A stretch of 64,000 bases of DNA. Source: an uncultured Parachlamydiaceae bacterium (GTDB lineage: Bacteria; Chlamydiota; Chlamydiia; Chlamydiales; Parachlamydiaceae). The stretch covers positions 800,001 through 864,000 of the forward strand of contig CAVULX010000003.1 of assembly GCA_963742415.1 (NCBI GenBank), read 5' to 3'. The notes under the pieces are model-generated. The model was not told where the DNA came from, did no database searches, and worked only from the letters and a program-made list of their open reading frames with translations. The translations under genes were made by a program, and so were the position numbers. Every line of letters begins with the position of its first letter. Position 1 is the stretch's first letter. Below are positions 10,088 to 19,543 of the stretch, in pieces.

Positions 10088-11125
10088 TTACTTTGTATTC
10101 ATCATGGCACGCTTATCAGCCATTTTTTTAGCTGCTACTTTCACAGCTAAATTTTTGTCTTTAAAAGCGCATTTGCTTTGTCCAGCGCATCCAGCCATTC
10201 CAGCGCAGGAATTTTTATCTGTCCTGCAAGAATTTAATCCTTTGCAATCATTTTTTCCTTTGCAGGAGGAGCTAGCAAGTTTAAGAGCTAAAGCTTGGCC
10301 TTCTGGACTCAATTTGTTGAAGGCGTCTTTTCCTTCGTCATTGAGTTGATCCACCAATTGATCTTTGGTCAATTGAGTAGATTGGCCGCTTTTTGCTTCC
10401 CCGTTGGTTTGCGCGGTGAAAGTACGGCTTCTATAGGACCTATAGCTGTTGGGATTGTCACTTCCTGGGGTTTGGTTTGGTTTTCCTGTCCCTGTGCCTG
10501 TGCCGCTAGAGGAGTTGTCGTCATCGTTTTGTGCTGTCAATGAATTACGGCGGTTATTGTAGCTTGTTGGGCTGTTGCTTTGAGGTTGAGATTGATTGTC
10601 TGGCATCATCTTTTGAGGCATTGGAGGATATGTCTGAGGCTTGTTCCCTTCACCTGTTTGGGGAGGTTGAGGTTGATAGCCATTGTATCCTTGCTGGCGG
10701 GGATAATTACCGGAACCCATGCTGTTGCAGCCTTGGCTGCCAGAGTAATAGCCGCCGGAACCCATGCTGCTGCAGCTGTGGCCGCCGGAGTAATAGCCGC
10801 CGGAACCCATGCTGCTGCAGCTTTGGCCGCCAGAGTAATAACCGCCAGAACCCATGCTGCTGCAGCTATGGCTGCCAGAGTAATAGCCGCCGGAACCCAT
10901 GCTGCTGCAGCCTTGAGTACTTCCGGAATAATATCCACCATCATAGTATCCGCCACCGCCAGAAGATTGCCCGTGGCACCCATGCATCCCTCCACAACTT
11001 CCCCCAGCAAGCAATTGCTCAGTAACTAGCCCTTCGGTTTGCTCAGCTTGCAATGCTCCTTGTGTCATTAGTATGCCCCCGGTAATCCCCAGAAGGGCCA
11101 ACTTTTTCATATCTTTCTTTTTCAT
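10088..11125 (-). CDS. Secreted Gly/Ser/Tyr/Cys-rich repeat protein (putative RiPP precursor or metal-binding protein), paralog 2
   Basis: Signal peptide MKKKDMKKLALLG...ALQA, RBS GAGGAG, 5x SGGYYSG..xCSSMG, C-terminal CKGKNDCKGLNSCRTDKNSCAGMAGCAGQSKC. Confidence 0.8.
   Translation of the reverse strand: MKKKDMKKLALLGITGGILMTQGALQAEQTEGLVTEQLLAGGSCGGMHGCHGQSSGGGGYYDGGYYSGSTQGCSSMGSGGYYSGSHSCSSMGSGGYYSGGQSCSSMGSGGYYSGGHSCSSMGSGGYYSGSQGCNSMGSGNYPRQQGYNGYQPQPPQTGEGNKPQTYPPMPQKMMPDNQSQPQSNSPTSYNNRRNSLTAQNDDDNSSSGTGTGTGKPNQTPGSDNPNSYRSYRSRTFTAQTNGEAKSGQSTQLTKDQLVDQLNDEGKDAFNKLSPEGQALALKLASSSCKGKNDCKGLNSCRTDKNSCAGMAGCAGQSKCAFKDKNLAVKVAAKKMADKRAMMNTK
10709..10940 (-). repeat. Coding tandem repeat, about 5 x 45 bp
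   Basis: Unit ~gagtaatagccgccggaacccatgctgctgcagc (+ strand) at 45-bp spacing. Confidence 0.9.
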
Positions 11126-11346
11126 AAACGAACTCCTCTTTAGTTATTTTGCTATTCAAAAAAAAATCACATGCAAGGATATAAAAAAATATCTATCATT
11201 ATTTGTAGTCTAAAGCAAGAAATTTTTGAAAAAATGATCTATGAGAATCTTTTTGCGTCTTCTCCTAAATTTTAAGTTTTATGAATACTTGGTAATTCGT
11301 TAAAATATGAAGAACATTGAAAATTTGTTAAATTATTAGAGGAAAA

Positions 11347-13866
11347 GTGAACCAATACTTAACTTATATAGGAATTTTCTTAGCGTTTGTAACTTTTCAG
11401 ATGAAAAGCAATGCAAACGAAGACTTTACTTCAATGCTTAAAGTAAGACAGCCCAATTGGCAGATGGAAATAGTGGATTTTTATTCTAATGGCGCACCCA
11501 AACAAGTCATTTTCTTTGAACCTCTTCCTGAAAAAGCAGCCGGGTCTCCCGTCAAAAGCTTAGCATTCACTTTACAAGGCCACCTCCTCTCTGAAACAGA
11601 TTTAACGGCCGCCTCGGATCCCTCCCATCCTATTCCCCATGGATCCAGTGTCACTTTCAACCTCAATGGAGAAATAGAAAAAGTTGAATCCTACCGCGAA
11701 GGGATTTTAGAAGGACTTGCAAAGGCCTATTATTTGACAGGAGTTTTGAAGGAATCAAGCCTTTATCATAAAGGAAAATTAGAGGGTCTGGTGGAATCCT
11801 TTTATGAAAACGGTAAACTCAAAGAAAAAAGGAATTACGTAGAAGGAAAAAAGCAAGGGCCTTCCGAATATTTTTATGAAAATGGAACAATGTCAGCATC
11901 TTATAACTTCGAAAACGGACTCTTAGAAGGGGAATCGAAAGAATGGGACGAAAATGGTGCCATCAAAGCGGTTTCCTATTATCAGCATGGGCTGCTTAAC
12001 GGTGATCACACACACCCCGCCCAGACGCTTTACTATCCCGATAAGACCATTGCTGAACAGCAAGATTTCCGACAAGGGATCCCTATTGGGAAGCATGAAC
12101 GCTTTTACCCCAATGGAAATCCCCGCTATTATGCTTTTTATCTCCTAGGGAAAAAAGAGGGACGCGAGCAAGAACTTTTTGAAGATGGGACTGTGGGTTT
12201 GGAAGGCACTTATCACCAAGGCCTGCCGATCAATCACCATACAAAAAAGGATCCCAATGGAAAGCTGTCTTTTGCCGCACACTATGACCATGAAGGCAAT
12301 CTCATAGAACCTATTAAGGAATATGATGAAGAGGGGCATCTCGTATTGCAATATGAGATGAAAGAGGGAAAATATCATGGAGCCTTTTACGAATGGTATC
12401 CCTCAGGCGAAAAAAAACGGCAATATTATTATCTTCTGGGAGAATGGGATGGGGAGCAGCGGGAGTATTATCCATCCGGTCAATTAAAGACTTCCGCTTT
12501 CTACAGCCAAGGATATAAACAGGGCGATTACGCTGAGTGGCATAAAGGGGGCGGGCAAGCCTTAAAAGCAACCTTCAAAAAAGGGAAAAAAGAAGGGCCT
12601 ATACTTTCTTGGCACCCCAACGGCACTAAAGCTTCCGAAGCTTTTTTTGTAAGAGGAAAAGAGGAAGGTGCATGGAAGGAGTGGGATGCCAACGGTCAGC
12701 TTATCCTGTCCGCAGAGTATAACAAAGGGCGGAGGCACGGACGGGTTCAAATTTGGAATTCAAAAGGGGCTTTACTCTTTGAAGCGAATTTCATTCAAGG
12801 GCAACCCGTGGGAGTGGTAAAAGAATGGGGTGAAAATGGTTCTTTAAAAAGGGAAGCAACCTACAAAGAAGGTCTATTGGAAGGGAAGGAGAAATTATTC
12901 CATGTCAATGGCAAACCAACTTTGGAAGCCGACTACCTCAAAGGATTGCGTCATGGGGATTATTTGACCTGGTACGAAGATGGAACGCCTTACCAGATAC
13001 GTCGTTATGATCACGGGACTTGCTTAGGGGAGCAAAAAGAATTTTATCCCTTGGCTCAAGAGGGGGGATCGCAGCACCTTGCAAAAAATCTTTTTTATAA
13101 AGATGGAAAGCTCCACGGGGAACAAAAAACCTATTTCCCCGATGGGACAGTCAAAGTGCTTATGAATTATGACAACGGCTTATTAGATGGCAGAAAAGCT
13201 ATTTGGGATGAGAAAAATAAATTGAAAGAGGAAGCCTTTTATAAAAAGGGAAAACTCGATGGCAAATACTTTGCTAGAAAAGAAAATGGGAGCGAAGTGA
13301 TTTACCATTACAAAGATAATCTCCTTCACGGCTTGCACCAAGTATTTTTCCCTCCCCATCCCACGTTGGGAAAAATCAAAGCCCTTGAAGCCTATTTTGA
13401 AAATGGATTGCTTGAGAAGGAGGCTATCGAATTCAACCCATCAGGAATAAAAATAGGGAGTTCTTTTTACCACAAAGGGCTTAAAGAAGGAATTACAGCG
13501 GTCTTTAATGAAGAAGGGCGGATCCTTCTTCAAATCGAATTTGCTGATGGAAAACAGTCGGGCATGAGTTATGAATATTTTCCTAATGGAAAGATCCATA
13601 AGACGGCGACGTTTGTTCATGGATTAAAAGAAGGGGAAGAGAAGGTCTATCATGAAAATGGACAGCTTGCATCCCAAAGATCCTACAGCAAGGGGCTTCA
13701 GCATGGATTGTCTCAAGAATGGAATACATTCGGCATTTTAGTATTTGAAGGCTCCTACGATGAAGGAAAGAGGCACGGTAAATTTAATAAATACGATGAT
13801 CAAGGGCGCCCCTTGGTTTTGCAGATATTTGATCATGATAAATTAATTGAAAAAAACAAAAATTAA
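11347..13866 (+). CDS. Exported MORN-variant repeat protein (YwqK-like)
   Basis: N-terminal hydrophobic signal, then many ~24-aa repeats of type YYENGKLKE..Y..GK..G over ~800 aa. Confidence 0.85.
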   Translation: MNQYLTYIGIFLAFVTFQMKSNANEDFTSMLKVRQPNWQMEIVDFYSNGAPKQVIFFEPLPEKAAGSPVKSLAFTLQGHLLSETDLTAASDPSHPIPHGSSVTFNLNGEIEKVESYREGILEGLAKAYYLTGVLKESSLYHKGKLEGLVESFYENGKLKEKRNYVEGKKQGPSEYFYENGTMSASYNFENGLLEGESKEWDENGAIKAVSYYQHGLLNGDHTHPAQTLYYPDKTIAEQQDFRQGIPIGKHERFYPNGNPRYYAFYLLGKKEGREQELFEDGTVGLEGTYHQGLPINHHTKKDPNGKLSFAAHYDHEGNLIEPIKEYDEEGHLVLQYEMKEGKYHGAFYEWYPSGEKKRQYYYLLGEWDGEQREYYPSGQLKTSAFYSQGYKQGDYAEWHKGGGQALKATFKKGKKEGPILSWHPNGTKASEAFFVRGKEEGAWKEWDANGQLILSAEYNKGRRHGRVQIWNSKGALLFEANFIQGQPVGVVKEWGENGSLKREATYKEGLLEGKEKLFHVNGKPTLEADYLKGLRHGDYLTWYEDGTPYQIRRYDHGTCLGEQKEFYPLAQEGGSQHLAKNLFYKDGKLHGEQKTYFPDGTVKVLMNYDNGLLDGRKAIWDEKNKLKEEAFYKKGKLDGKYFARKENGSEVIYHYKDNLLHGLHQVFFPPHPTLGKIKALEAYFENGLLEKEAIEFNPSGIKIGSSFYHKGLKEGITAVFNEEGRILLQIEFADGKQSGMSYEYFPNGKIHKTATFVHGLKEGEEKVYHENGQLASQRSYSKGLQHGLSQEWNTFGILVFEGSYDEGKRHGKFNKYDDQGRPLVLQIFDHDKLIEKNKN

Positions 13867-13893
13867 CCTATGAATTCGGGTTATGAGCCAATA

Positions 13894-14166
13894 ATGAAAT
13901 GCTGGAAATGTGGAGCAGAGATTTCTAATAAATCAGATCGGATCTCTTTTCGTGAACTATGCGATCAATGCCAAGCCTGGCTGCATTGTTGTAAGAATTG
14001 CCGCCGCTATAAACCCGGGGCCGCCAACGATTGTGCGATCCCCGGTACGGAATATGTGGCCGACAGGGAAGCCGGCAACTTTTGCGAAGATTTCAAAATT
14101 CTTGGCGAAGGTCCTAAAAAAACATTAGATCCCAAAGATATCGCTAAACGTCTGTTTAAAGACTAG
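13894..14166 (+). CDS. Small Cys-rich putative zinc-binding protein
   Basis: CWKC, CDQC, HCCKNC, further Cys and NFCEDF; start 13894 or 13870. Confidence 0.7.
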   Translation: MKCWKCGAEISNKSDRISFRELCDQCQAWLHCCKNCRRYKPGAANDCAIPGTEYVADREAGNFCEDFKILGEGPKKTLDPKDIAKRLFKD

Positions 14167-14179
14167 GTTAGCGCATAGA

Positions 14180-14599
14180 TTATCGCCAATACCCCTCTGT
14201 CCAAACCCAATGGTGATGATGGCTTGTCCAACAGCCAGACACCCAAATAGCGGTAGCATGAGGCCTTACACCCCAATGGCCATGGACCCGCACCCAGTGG
14301 AACCCATCCCATCTCCAATGCCCTTTAATCCACACATAATTGGCTCCGGGGCATACGCCCATCTCTTCCTCAAAATCAGCAGGAGGTTCGCTTTCCACAG
14401 TGACATAAGCTGCAGGAGCTTGGGGTTGGACAACCACCGTTGGGGCTGGCTGCACGACTACAGTCTGAGCTGGAGGCTGAACGATGACAGTGGATGCCGG
14501 CTGTTCAACAATATAAGTCTTGTGGGAATGGGCCTGGGCCTGTTGAATAGAAAACGCACATGGGGCTAGTAACAATAAGAAAAGTGGCATTTTTTTCAT
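14180..14599 (-). CDS. Secreted WxxGxW (YXWGXW) repeat protein
   Basis: Signal peptide, VVVQPAP-type repeats, WIKGHW / VHGHW / WVSGCW / WTEGYW. Confidence 0.85.
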   Translation of the reverse strand: MKKMPLFLLLLAPCAFSIQQAQAHSHKTYIVEQPASTVIVQPPAQTVVVQPAPTVVVQPQAPAAYVTVESEPPADFEEEMGVCPGANYVWIKGHWRWDGFHWVRVHGHWGVRPHATAIWVSGCWTSHHHHWVWTEGYWR

Positions 14600-14814
14600 A
14601 ATGGTAACTCCTATTAGATAAAGCAGTTTGTAATCGTCATTTTAAGCCAAAACGAAGCCGCACCGGCAGGTACATATTCACGAAACGTATAAACTTAAAA
14701 AAACTTTTTACATGAAAAATAAAGTAAGCTCTTTTTTATTGCAATAGCGATACCCGCTTGTCGAGAACAGTTATCAATTACATTCAAAATAACATATTTT
14801 TTATAATAATTTTA

Positions 14815-14843
14815 TTGAAAACAATCTTAAAAACAATTACAAT
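14815..14843 (+). promoter_or_regulatory. Putative sigma70/sigma66-type promoter of the phosphatase gene
   Basis: TTGAAA-N17-TACAAT ending 45 bp upstream of ATG 14889; AT-rich context lowers specificity. Confidence 0.4.
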
Positions 14844-14888
14844 CCATATTTGTTTTGTTTAACATAATAATAAAATAAAGGATTTTGT

Positions 14889-16259
14889 ATGCTTAAACGT
14901 TTTAATGCTGTTTTTTCGTCCATGCTCTTTTTTTCACTGTGTTTCCAAAATTATCTTTCAGCTCAGGATATGGGGACGGAGAACGCAGATTCAGGTTATT
15001 CCTACTATAAAAAGTTTAAGTATGAGGCTTCTTTAGCCTATACCAATTTCAATAGAAATGACTGGTGGACCAAGATAGAGCCATTCAATATCTACTTGGG
15101 TGCGCTTCCTCTCAAAAATAAGCAACATCTAGACAAAATCGTGGATCTTGGGGTGACCCACGTGATTTCGATGGTCGAGGATTTTGAAATTGAAGATGGA
15201 TGGTTGAACAAACCTGTTAAAAGGCTAGATTGGGAAGCTAGAGGAATTCAAGTTAAACATATCCAAGCTGTTGATTTTCTTCCGCTCACGCATGAGCAAA
15301 TAGAAGAGGGGGTCGAACACCTCAACGCCCTTTTAGAACGAAATTACTCTGTTTACATCCATTGTAAAGCCGGACGTGGCCGAAGCGCGACAATCGTCAT
15401 CGTGTATTTGATGAAATATCAGGGCTTTTCCTTTAATCAAGCGTTTTCTTTCATCCAAGAGCAGCGTCCTCAAATCAATCTAAATGAACAACAACAAAAG
15501 GCCATTTTGGAATATTTTGGGATAGACCAAGATTCAGCCAATGCTGACCCCAAAAGCCCAAGTTACCAAGCCCGATTTTCCCAAGGGATCTACTCCCTCT
15601 TTAATAATGTAAACCAAATGAGTGAAGACAAACTTGCCGAGCTTTTAAACCAAGTTCTCCATTATGTGATCGAAGGGATCTCTTATTCTCCTTCCGAAAT
15701 GGTTCCAGCATCCATTTCCACATGGGTCCCATCAATTGAAGTTCAATCCACCTTGGAAAGGAGAAACCGCTACTTGAGAGAGTATCAAGGGGATCAAGCT
15801 ATAGCAACCGACGCGTCGATCAAGCGGAATCACGGTTTAATGAGACGCTTTAAGATCATGGCAGCAGGCGCTATACCTTTTGTAGGTACTCCCACAAGCC
15901 ATTCTATAAGCCTTTGGCATCAATTAAGGGAAATTACGCTGATTGCGGCTCTTAATGGACACGATATCCAAGACCCGGATGTAAAAATGAAAATATTGAG
16001 CTGCCTTGTTGGAGGGAACATCCTAAAAATTCCGGCCTTGACAGTCGATTTTATTGCCAAAGAAATTATAAAGAAGATTGTGGCGCAAGCGGGCTTTCAC
16101 GCCCTTCCTGTGGGGATCCCAGCACAATTGATCTTTAACTTTTTCACCAGCAATTCAGCAAAAGTTGCCACTCACGCTAAACAAGCTTTTGCCGGCGAAA
16201 ACGCTCTTCCAATACCTCAGGAAGAGTACTGGGTGCACAAGCAGCCAGTCGCCAAATGA
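14889..16259 (+). CDS. Dual-specificity (PTPMT1-like) phosphatase with additional C-terminal EcsC-like domain
   Basis: IYLGALP, VYIHCKAGRGRSAT (CX5R); C-terminal GAIPFVG...LIAALNGHDIQD segment; N-terminal signal-like sequence. Confidence 0.8.
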   Translation: MLKRFNAVFSSMLFFSLCFQNYLSAQDMGTENADSGYSYYKKFKYEASLAYTNFNRNDWWTKIEPFNIYLGALPLKNKQHLDKIVDLGVTHVISMVEDFEIEDGWLNKPVKRLDWEARGIQVKHIQAVDFLPLTHEQIEEGVEHLNALLERNYSVYIHCKAGRGRSATIVIVYLMKYQGFSFNQAFSFIQEQRPQINLNEQQQKAILEYFGIDQDSANADPKSPSYQARFSQGIYSLFNNVNQMSEDKLAELLNQVLHYVIEGISYSPSEMVPASISTWVPSIEVQSTLERRNRYLREYQGDQAIATDASIKRNHGLMRRFKIMAAGAIPFVGTPTSHSISLWHQLREITLIAALNGHDIQDPDVKMKILSCLVGGNILKIPALTVDFIAKEIIKKIVAQAGFHALPVGIPAQLIFNFFTSNSAKVATHAKQAFAGENALPIPQEEYWVHKQPVAK

Positions 16260-16455
16260 TGCAATAATTAAAACCAGTGAGCCAGTGAGATCACTGAGGA
16301 TTGTTGGGAACATTGAGAGGAATGACACAGATGAATAAGGACGTCGAACTGAATGATTAAAAACATATATAATATGTTACCCCGTATAAATTTTATTCGA
16401 GATTAAACTTTTAATCGATTTAGTTTAAAAAAAGATCAAAAAAAAAGTCTATCTT

Positions 16456-17178
16456 ATGTTTTTATGCGCCACCTCTATGCAGCTCAAGCATGCCAACATC
16501 ACCTCAAATGATATTATGTCTAATGAAAATCCATATCTTCATTATCTCGTGAAATGCTGGCCTATTTCACCTTTGTTAACGAATGGAATAACCGGTATCT
16601 ATCCTATTCCTGCGTCAACACAGTTAATTTCTAAACGAGAGCTGATCATTACAACAGCTCTTACAATCGCCTCTTTCGTCACAATCCATGCTGGGCATCT
16701 TTTTTTTCTCTATTTTATCGCTTCTGAAGCGGGTGCTTTTTTCTGGTATCCACTTAGCTTCGGAGCAATTGTAGGAGCCATAGTGGGAATTTTTGCCGGC
16801 TTGAGTCTTACGCATATTAACTCTACGAACGACTCATTTGGCTATTTCATAGAGAATACAATTTTTGAAAGACTTCAAGCTGAGGGGGAAATAAGATCAT
16901 GCATGAATTTTAAAAAAAAAGTGATCCAATTCAGTACAGAAATTTTAGGATCCGCTGCATTTGAAACAATTAAATTTATTTTTATGAGAATGCATCCTTT
17001 TCTTGGTATTCCTTCGGGCCTCATTAATGGGTTTTGTTATAGCTTTGAAGCCACAAAAATTGTGGCACGATCAATACTTTTATACAAATTTCCCAATTGG
17101 CCAAATGAATGCCTCCTACCACGACAGGATCCTCGTCCGGATTGTAGTTTATTTTGGAAAATTTTTGGTGAGAATTGA
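16456..17178 (+). CDS. Hypothetical membrane protein
   Basis: 240-aa ORF with several hydrophobic segments; start uncertain. Confidence 0.6.
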   Translation: MFLCATSMQLKHANITSNDIMSNENPYLHYLVKCWPISPLLTNGITGIYPIPASTQLISKRELIITTALTIASFVTIHAGHLFFLYFIASEAGAFFWYPLSFGAIVGAIVGIFAGLSLTHINSTNDSFGYFIENTIFERLQAEGEIRSCMNFKKKVIQFSTEILGSAAFETIKFIFMRMHPFLGIPSGLINGFCYSFEATKIVARSILLYKFPNWPNECLLPRQDPRPDCSLFWKIFGEN

Positions 17179-17223
17179 ATTATATTATCGAAATTTTAAT
17201 GTGACTTAAAATTTTGGAGCTGC

Positions 17224-17961
17224 TTAACGATTAGCAATCGGATGTGAGTGGTCTGTGAATGGACTTTTTGTGTTCTCACCAACGCGAGGACCGCTTTCCA
17301 AAGTGGTTATCGGGGTCGCTAATTTGATCCCTGTAAACCCTTGAAAAGCCATCGCCATCAACCCTGTCATAATAAAGGTAATTCCCATTCCCCTCAAAGC
17401 GGGAACAACATCGGCCGTGGCGAGCCGTTCCCGGATCGCAGCAATGAGCGCAATGGCTAGCCACCAACCGGCGCCCGAGCCAAAAACATAAATTAAATTG
17501 GGCCAGAAAGGATAATCTCTCGTCACAGCAAAAAGGCAAGCTCCTAAAATAGCGCAATTGACAGCAATCAGCGGCAGATAAAGCCCTAGCGACAAATATA
17601 AGGCTGGAGATGTTTTTTCGATGACAATCTCAAGCATTTGAACGAACCCTGCAATCACGGAAATAAATAATAAAAATTCAAGAAATCCTAAATCAATTTG
17701 AGCCGCATCCAGCCCTATCGCATTGAGCCACGATAACGCCCCAGGCCCCGTGACAAATTTGTGGACGCACCAGTTGAGGATTCCCGAAATCGTCAAGACA
17801 AAGACTACAGCCACACCAAGACCATTAGCTGTTTTCAATTTTGTGGAACACGCAAGGTAGGTGCACATCCCTAAAAAGTTGGCCAATAAAAAGTTCTCAA
17901 TAAAGATGGCTTGCAGGAGCAAACCAAAGAGATTTAATGACTCGTAATTACCCATCCACAT
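17224..17961 (-). CDS. nqrE: Na+-translocating NADH:quinone reductase subunit E
   Basis: FLGMCTYLACS, LPLIAVNCAILG, GMGITFIMTGLMAMAF. Confidence 0.93.
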   Translation of the reverse strand: MWMGNYESLNLFGLLLQAIFIENFLLANFLGMCTYLACSTKLKTANGLGVAVVFVLTISGILNWCVHKFVTGPGALSWLNAIGLDAAQIDLGFLEFLLFISVIAGFVQMLEIVIEKTSPALYLSLGLYLPLIAVNCAILGACLFAVTRDYPFWPNLIYVFGSGAGWWLAIALIAAIRERLATADVVPALRGMGITFIMTGLMAMAFQGFTGIKLATPITTLESGPRVGENTKSPFTDHSHPIANR

Positions 17962-17963
17962 TG

Positions 17964-18596
17964 TTATACCTTTTTGTTAACAATGTTAAAGATCCAGATT
18001 AACCCTCCGATAAGGAAAAAAGCAGCTGGAGGGCTGACCATTAAGGCAAAATTGTCATAAGCATCGGGCTTTTCAGCCGTCGCATACCAGCTTAAAGGGA
18101 TCACTTGATAGCCGAAAAGTTGGCCAAAACCAAAGAGTTCCCGCACACCCCCGATGATGAAAAGGATCCATGCGTACCCCAAACCTGCGCCTAAACCATC
18201 TAAAAATGCAGGAATAGGTTTTACATTTTTGGCCATCCCCTCGGTCCGCCCCATGACGATGCAATTGGTGATGATCAGCCCGACAAAGACGGTCATCACC
18301 TTAGAAATGCTAAAAAAATAGGCCTGCAAAAATTGATCGATGATAATGACGAAAACAGAAATAATCGCGAGTTGAGTGATCATTCTCACGCTATCTGGAG
18401 TGATTTTTCTCAATAAAGAAACAAAAAATGAAGAGCATGCGGTGACAAAAGAGACCGAGAGCCCCATGGTGATTGAAACAGAGAGGCGGTTGGTGACCCC
18501 AAGCGCGGAACAGATCCCCAACACAGCCACTAAGATTTGATTGCTGCTCCACAGTTGATTTGTCAAGTAGGACATGGCGGGTACATTTTGGGCCAT
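17964..18596 (-). CDS. nqrD: Na+-NQR subunit D
   Basis: [28 protein letters not shown] 18596 after AGGAGG. Confidence 0.93.
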   Translation of the reverse strand: MAQNVPAMSYLTNQLWSSNQILVAVLGICSALGVTNRLSVSITMGLSVSFVTACSSFFVSLLRKITPDSVRMITQLAIISVFVIIIDQFLQAYFFSISKVMTVFVGLIITNCIVMGRTEGMAKNVKPIPAFLDGLGAGLGYAWILFIIGGVRELFGFGQLFGYQVIPLSWYATAEKPDAYDNFALMVSPPAAFFLIGGLIWIFNIVNKKV

Positions 18597-18598
18597 GG

Positions 18599-19543
18599 TC
18601 AAGCCTCCTTTCCTTCAGGCTTTTCAGACTTTTCATATTGTTCGTGGATTTTTATCAAAAAGTTCCTGTAAGGCGCCAAAACATCACGATAGGCATCTGT
18701 CACCCCATTGCCTGTCAATGTGGCGCCTGACATTCCATCGACGGCACTTTTCGCTTTGGAGGAGCTGCCTAGGACTTCGGCGACCTTCCCTTTTACTACA
18801 GTAATGCCTAGAGGCGTTGTTTTAAAGTCGGTTTTTCCACCGGCACTTTCCTGAAAGATTTTTTTGCTAGGAAAAAGGCTTTGCCAAGGGGGATCTGCAA
18901 TATTGGCACCTAAACCCGGAGTTTCTTTTTGTTCATACCAAGAAATGCCAATCACGGTGTTGCCATCGGGTTTGATAGCCAAGTAACCGTAGATGGCATC
19001 CCACAAGCCAAACCCATTGATAGGGATCACATACCCTTCAGGCTTGATCTCCGCGGAAGCCGCCTCTGTAGAGGAGGGATTAGGTAAAATTTTGTAAAGA
19101 AGCTTCCAAGGGAGCTTGTAATAGCCGCCTTTTCTATTTTCAGAGACATATTTCTCTTCATTAAGGCCCGCTTGTTGAAATGTGGTGGTTTCCCCTTGGT
19201 CATTCACTAAAAAAGGAACCAAACGCTTCTTGTATACCTCAATCAACTGAGATTGCGTTGCCCTATCGTGAATAGATCCGGGAATTAAACTTCCATTTTT
19301 TGCATATTTCGCAGGAACATAATTTCCCTCAGCATCGGGTATGATAAAATATCCTTCCGGGGAAAGGATTTTTGCCGCCATCATCATTTGTTTGCTTCGG
19401 TCTAAGTCTTTGGCGATCTCCTTAGGCTCAGCCAAAGCACTGGCCAGCAAAGATAAAATCAAAGCGCATACAAAGCTGAGGATCACCATGAAAAAGATGG
19501 TTTGCTTACTGCTTTGGGAGATGTTAGGTTGCGGCTCGGACAC
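18599..19543 (-). CDS. nqrC: Na+-NQR subunit C
   Basis: [21 protein letters not shown]-attachment motif [10 protein letters not shown]. Confidence 0.93.
   Translation of the reverse strand: MSEPQPNISQSSKQTIFFMVILSFVCALILSLLASALAEPKEIAKDLDRSKQMMMAAKILSPEGYFIIPDAEGNYVPAKYAKNGSLIPGSIHDRATQSQLIEVYKKRLVPFLVNDQGETTTFQQAGLNEEKYVSENRKGGYYKLPWKLLYKILPNPSSTEAASAEIKPEGYVIPINGFGLWDAIYGYLAIKPDGNTVIGISWYEQKETPGLGANIADPPWQSLFPSKKIFQESAGGKTDFKTTPLGITVVKGKVAEVLGSSSKAKSAVDGMSGATLTGNGVTDAYRDVLAPYRNFLIKIHEQYEKSEKPEGKEA

Noticed and set aside
9652..10940. Regularly spaced repeats as a possible CRISPR array
   Set aside because: Units are codon multiples (57 and 45 bp) inside ORFs, lack unique spacers, and no cas genes are present.
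10531..11029. Overlapping repetitive ORFs (poly-Cys RRNPCCC, AAAAWVP, GTHAAAA) in other frames
   Set aside because: Shadows of the 45-bp repeat; only 10088..11125 has an RBS, a signal peptide and homology to the adjacent paralog.
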